A stretch of 55,956 bases of DNA, the filler included, from Platydemus manokwari (lineage: Eukaryota): NCBI GenBank assembly GCA_037951405.1. It is 5 parts of 5 records of this genome, joined end to end, with 100 filler letters (N's around TTAATTAATTAA, not from the genome) between each part and the next. Parts side by side here need not be neighbours in the genome. Positions count along the whole stretch, not along the records: positions 46,492 to 55,956 come from JBBMOY011225543.1; 4 more parts are not named here. One strand, written 5' to 3'. Positions within the stretch are counted from its first letter, which is position 1, and every line of letters begins with the position of its first letter. Both the position numbers and the translations under genes were made by a program. This document shows positions 49,480 through 55,956 of this stretch, piece by piece. The notes below the pieces were generated by a model. It worked only from the letters and a program-made list of their open reading frames with translations, did no database searches and was not told the DNA's origin.

Positions 49480-52400
49480 CTGGTACTGGGTGAATTGAAC
49501 ATATCACCAGTTCAAGCAAGAGCTGTGCTACACTTTGCCACGTGATTGCGATTCTCCAATCTTCTATGCAATCATCACATGAAAACAACTGAAAATAATT
49601 TTTAAAAGTTGAATTGAAGTTTACTTATCAAAAATAAACCTTAAATGGAAATAATATGCAAGAAACGGAAATGGAAAATATGACAAGATCTATTGATATT
49701 GTACAGGATTTCGAAAGAAAGATGTCTATTTATGAATTTATTTTGTAGATTTTCATCTATGTTTATTGAGAGCTATAAATTGATCATATAATAATAATAA
49801 TAATAACAATAAGTATTATAATTATTAAGATAAAAATAATAACAATAATAATATTAATAATAATATTAATAGTAATGATAATAATGATAATGATGATGAT
49901 GTTTCAGGATTATGATGGCTTAAAATCAAAGTCCAATAACAATATGAGGTCACGATCGAGTGGTTAGTGATCGGTTAACAATTTCTTTCAGTCGACAAAA
50001 TCTCTAAACTTTACCATGATAATAATAATTATTATCATCATACCTTTAATAAATATAATATTTCGCATCTCTAATGGAACTCATATTTATCATTTTCTTT
50101 TTACATCAACAATAGAAAATAAATATACAATTCATGACTACCTTTCAATTGTCGTTGAAACTCTTACAAGCACTTGTCGTACTTATGTTCCTTTTGTAAA
50201 ATAGATTTATAATTGTCACGCTATTTTATAGCAGTAAAATATAAAACGATAAATGAGAACTGAAACCATATTACAAGCAAATTGTCAATATTTACAATAT
50301 TCGTCATTTTCACCACCAACATTTACGAACAGGAATATTTTCATTTCATATTGTAAATATTCCCAGAAAATCCATAAATTACGAAACAACCATCTACGAA
50401 TCAGGTTAAATAGTTATTCAAAATTTAAATTATAATTTCGAATATATTTAAAATGTTTTGGAAACGGTTTCATGAATTATATACACAACTGGTAATTATC
50501 TCCATATTCGTTCTCCATCAATACAGCTGAAGTAAATTAAAATTTTTCGTTAAAATGATATTTGGAATTTAGTAATTGTTTTGGGTGTTAATGAATGAAT
50601 ACTGATATTAAATGAAATATATTACTTGTAAATGTTGAGTAGTTATGTGATTCATTATTTCTCTTTATTAAATTCAAAATAAAACTCCATAGATTACGTT
50701 AACATACACCGTATTTTTATCAAACACGTCCAGAGAGTCCACTAAATTATTTCAATTTAACGATTTTTTTTAATGTTTGCAATTCTACGAATTTTCTATA
50801 AAGTTTAGAAAATAAAGTTATCACCTAGTAACTGATAAATCTTATAAATAACTACTTAAAAATATATCAATTAAATTTCCTCGGTAATTCAAGTTACTTG
50901 ATTATTGTAAAGTTTTAAAACATTGAAATGAAACTTAATGATACAAAATAATACAAACATATCGTCGAAATTAATTTTTTCATGGAATAAAATCTATTTT
51001 TTCATATTTTAGAGGTCTGAGAATATGGAAGTTGCAATTGTGTTACATACAGAGGACACGGCAGCAAGAGTACCGTGGTAACAGATTTAAATCTACCAGT
51101 ATATAAATTATTATTAATCATTATTCTGGATTCTGGCAGATATTTATACATACATTTTGTTTACTTTTAATGGAACTATACGATAAATTCTAATTTATTA
51201 ACATCGCCTTAATTAGTTTAATATTATGATACTTATACTCTACTAATATCTGGACCTAATATGCTTTTGAGCAGGTTTGGAATTATTAACATAACAGCTT
51301 TAGAATCATTAAAAAATTCAAACGTTTCAGCGGACAATTAAAAGGAAGTATTAAATTGGCTAAATTTTCACATTAAACTACCACAGAGAAGTAAAAAATG
51401 GTGAAGAAAACAAGATAAATAAGTTCTTTAGCTAAAGAGATATGGGATATTTGGATTCCGTCGAAATTTCGAAGCTTAGATAGTATGTTGAGAAATTAAA
51501 ATTTGCTTAAATTTAGAATGAAAAAATTAATAAATTAATTAAGCAGTCTATCTGCTGGAATGCGGAAAGTAAAAAGCGTTAAATGTTGGTGTTATTAAAC
51601 TTCTAAACTTTTTATATGGATTTTGTGAAATGAGAATCATTTTAAGCTATTCATATATTCCAATATAAAGAAGGATAAAAAACACTTGATATAATGAATA
51701 ACCTCAGATATTCTATTTATTTTCAAGATTAAAAGATGCCAAGAAAACCAAGACCGATGAAAACAAATGAACTTTCTAAAATTTAATATAGAAAATTTTT
51801 TTCACAAACATCAAATGGTAATAGTGAGTCACTGACTGACCTAAGGGAGATTAATCCAGGTATCACATTCATATTTTGATTGTATATCAAATTATTTTAC
51901 TAGTAACCCACCCGTTATTACTTCAATAGTTATTCATTCGATAATTGCTGAAATTCATCTCACGTTTATAATTAGCTTGTCAATTTTAGTTTTCATTATC
52001 ATTAAATTCCTGTCAACATTAAGATTGATAATTGATAGCCTCATGCTTTATTATTAATGACCAAGATATGATTTATAATTAAATAATTACAGTTTTTAAG
52101 AGTTATAATAATTTTATAACATCCACAAAAATAATATCGATTTAAAAGTGAAGAATGGTATTAATCTGGATCGTTCAACTGGTTCATCACATCGGATCGT
52201 TACAAGAGATTTTAATGAGTCTGGAGAAAAAGCAAATTGTATGAAATCTAAAAATTTAATATAAATTAAAGCAGTGTGTTCATAAAACATTTTTTCATAA
52301 TTTTGAAAAGTGAAACACAGCTGAATAATAAATCAATCTTAAAAAAACAAAAACAAAAGAAAATAGAGATGATTTCCGATCAGAAGGAGACAGAAAATGA

Positions 52401-54495
52401 AAATTATGATTAAAAAATCATTAATATAGATGAGTCAATGATACAAAGTAGGACAAAATGATTAATCAGTCAAGGAAAATACACACACAAAACAAACAGA
52501 ATATAAAAAATACTCTCTAAAATATTGCTTGCTGGTATACCGGCAAGAACTGGAAATAGTTGTTTACGGCCTTCAAATAGTTCGAAGATTTTCTACTTAA
52601 TTAATGATTTTGTTTTAATTATGAAAGATTTATTTAAAGCAACATTAGGAACGAATTAAGAAATAATTATATCTGATATTAAAGGTTAGAAACAACTATG
52701 AATGTTGGTATTGATAAAAGTTCAATCAGCATAGCTTCAAAACCCTTTACTTAAAAAAACCTAATGAAGCACTGTTTATTGTGATCTTTAAAATTATTAA
52801 ACTCTATTATAATCATTTAAAAGCGAAATTTTAAAATTATTTGGAAAATTTTCATTTTCATTTTTTAATCACAAATCTACTTTCAAAATGATTACAAAAT
52901 CATATTGCAAATTTTTCATAAATCATTCACAAAATTGACACACAACTTCTACTTACAAATCAATTGACAGTATGTTTCGAAATCGTGTAGATTCGTTTGA
53001 CAGTTACTCAGAGCTTATTAAATCAGAGACGATCGATTAAATTAAGAGTTGTTGTAATAATAAATAATCTCGAATATGATAAACACTGTGCTATTTACAA
53101 TGTATGAGTAGCTAGAAAACAAATATCTAACTGTATCCAACGATATAATAAAATGTAAATAATGGCAACCATTATTACATTTTTATTTTCTATCTCATAA
53201 CGATAAAAGTAATTAGATAAATATTATAAATGTTTCTTTAAAAAAATATATCAAAACTAATAATTTTCCAAGTAATTTTCGCTCAAATTAAAAAACAAAG
53301 GTCCTTAAATAAAATTTTAAATGCGTTGAATGTGTTGAAAAAATCTATATAGTTTATTTAATAATATTCTTTAAAAACATTTTGGATATTTTATTTAAGT
53401 ATTTGTGAAGAATTTGAGTTGTTTGAAATCAAACATTAAATACACTGGAGCTTCAAAATCTACTAATATTTGATTATTTGAAAAACGGATCAAAACGTTT
53501 TATTTTAAGTGCACACATTTTAATTAATGGTAACTTAATTCTATTTTGCGTAATTATAATTATCTTTTGGTTGACATTATTCATTATCAAATCTGTATTT
53601 ACTTATTTACTCTTTATTGTATTTATTTTATCTTTCACTTTATTTGCTTTGTCTTTATTTGATACTTATGTTTTGAAAACTGAATTTATATCTGATAATT
53701 TTGAAGCTAATCATTGCTAAATCTAAATGAGTTGTAGTAATTAGTTATCTGCAATAATCTGACCAATCCATTATATAATGATAGCAAATGGTAAATGAAT
53801 ATTTCACAATTAAAAACAAATGTAATCCTTGGAAAATAGTAAGCGAATTAATGTCAAATCTTGTCCGAACAATCTCAAGTGGGCATAATATGTTTATATT
53901 ATGCCCAAATAGATATCATCCATATTAATTTAAAAATCAAAAAACTGAAATGAAAGGGCAACCATTAATCATTTAATGGAATACCACTTAATATCAAATG
54001 CTGAATATACAACAGTCTAAATCAAATTAATTCCGAATCGTGAAAGCTCCAATAACTCAATCCATACGACAATACAAACAAAAGATGTTACCGCAATGAT
54101 ATCATTGAAAAAAACAACGCTGTGTTTTTCCCATTTAATTGTTTAGTCTTGATTGATTTGTTGACAGAGATTGATTTTCGAATGGAGAATGTTTTTTTAT
54201 TTTAGAAAATTCTGATTCACTTTCGTTTGATTTATTCTATTTTATTATATTATCAAATGATAGGTGGAATTTTTAAAAAAATTTTGCAACAAGTATTTCC
54301 TCATACACGATATGTCAAAACAATTTCAAAACACATAAATCATTATTTTAAGTGTTAAGTTTGAAATGATATAAATTTTAAAAAGTACAAACAAATAACC
54401 TGAATTAATAATGCGTGGTACGCCAAGATAAGACCTAACAGTATGACAGTGGAAATGGTGACTAGCGACTTGAGAAGAATTGAATATATTGAATT
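49480..54495 (-). CDS. KCNN: Small-conductance Ca2+-activated K+ channel (SK/KCNN), two internal exons 54495-54400 and 49588-49480
   Basis: The AG/GT-bounded exons splice in frame to NSIYSILLKSLVTISTVILLGLILAYHALLIQ|LFSCDDCIEDWRIAITWQSVAQLLLELVICSIHPVP(G). This matches SK S2-S3 ([41 protein letters not shown]...ILVCAIHPIPG). Confidence 0.9.
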
Positions 54496-54634
54496 CTGAA
54501 TTTAAAATTTAAGTAAAAAATTAGAAGAATAGCATAATAATATTATTAATAATAATTTATACTATATTAGAGATAATCAAAATTTTATTGTAATCAAATT
54601 CATTGTAACCTGGTAATAAAATACTCTTGTTAGC

Positions 54635-54800
54635 CATTAAAACAAGAATATATAAACAAATCATTTATTATTAAATTCAATTAATCTATCTTCATTCTCT
54701 ATATCTTCTGTTCTCGCGGAGCATTAAAACAATATATTTAAACAAATTGTCTATTAGTAAATTCTTTTAATCTATCTTCATTCTCTATATTTTCTATGCT
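54635..54800. repeat. Imperfect tandem duplication, ~87-bp unit
   Basis: CATTAAAACAA...TAATCTATCTTCATTCTCTATAT occurs twice in tandem. Confidence 0.7.
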
Positions 54801-55956
54801 TGCTAATCGCTACTAATTCATCAGCCACACAGAAATTAAAAATTACTAAATAAGTTCAACCTAAAACTTTATCTAATCAAAAATTTTCAAAAAATATATT
54901 TGATTATTTGTTTTATTTAAATTATCATAAATTATTTATCATAAATTATTTATAAAAACTTTATAATTTTCAAAACCATAAAAATTGTATTATCTAATAA
55001 CTAAATTCTACACAGTGTTTTAGTCACCTTGTACTTTTATTTGTGATAAATAATTTATCACAAATTCGTAACTGATCCGAACGATCAAATTCCAACAAAA
55101 ACATTTAACGAATACAATTTCAGTCTATTATTTTCGTTTGGTCCACAGTTAATGACGTCAGTTCTTTCAACTGTTATTTCTGATTATTAAAAGTTCGTCA
55201 CTTGATATGAGGAAAGTTTTCATTTATTTCTCCGCTATATAGTGTTTCAGTATTTAATATGGAAAACGTGAATGAAACATCAAATATTTACTTTTCGCTT
55301 CGTTTTCTGAAATCTTAAGCTTTAATTTCAATTTGAGAGTGAAGTATAACGTGCATTATTAAAGTAACTTCAGAGAATGTATTAATATATCAATTAAGAT
55401 CCATTAGTCCGCGTGTGATATTTACGAATCAATTTCCATTATATCTTTTAAGAAAAAAGGATCAAAATAAATTTTCATTTAAAATTCTAATTTTTTTCAA
55501 CTGGTCTGACCCTGTTTTTACTAATCTTTTCCATTTTTTCTCCTCAAGTTACTCACTACTATCCATTCTGATATGAAGTTGAAATTTTAATTTTATTTAA
55601 ATTTGATGAAATAAATACAAATTTTAATATTTTAATGATATTTTCTCTAAATAAATTTCAAATGTGTGATGATCAGACTATTAAATATTTGATATATATA
55701 TGTTTACAATAATTTTATTTTTGATAAATGCCGAATAACAATCGAATGGTTCAATTGGAAATTGTATCGGAATGTAGGTAATGAATTGCGTGTCGTTTTG
55801 TAACAACTTACATAACAAATAACGTTGATACAAATAACGATTATTTAGATGCCACGTTAGAATTGCGAAGTATTACAATACTATTTATGCAAACATGATA
55901 ATCTTTTTGAAATCGTTGAAATTTCGTTTATCATCATTATTTTTTCTATTATTACT

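Noticed and set aside
10089-54495. A 'bioelectric' gene cluster (innexin, two ENaCs, SK)
   Set aside because: The genes lie on different contigs separated by synthetic linkers; only the two ENaCs are truly linked.

Overview
Very AT-rich animal DNA with short introns. Gene and repeat content suggests a planarian-like flatworm (inference). Five contigs are joined by artificial 100-bp N44-TTAATTAATTAA-N44 linkers. Host genes: a complete, compact multi-exon RanBP2/Nup358; the 3' half of a divergent innexin; two disrupted DEG/ENaC paralogues; the last two exons of an NR1/HR96-like nuclear receptor; two exons of an SK (KCNN) channel. The rest is mostly decayed mobile DNA: three R2/NeSL-type non-LTR fragments (one with a Ulp1-like protease), two copies of a TRIM, hAT MITEs, mariner/rosa/MULE remnants, Gypsy LTRs and a Gypsy 3' end carrying a REX4-like exonuclease-fold ORF. 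The most striking signal is the first ~3.8 kb. It is a fossil Polinton/Maverick-like cluster (A32-type packaging ATPase, poxvirus-type tryptophan-repeat protein, Polinton-type integrase) with a chuvirus/gB-like class III fusion glycoprotein between them. All family calls come from manual translation and motif recognition; no searches were run.
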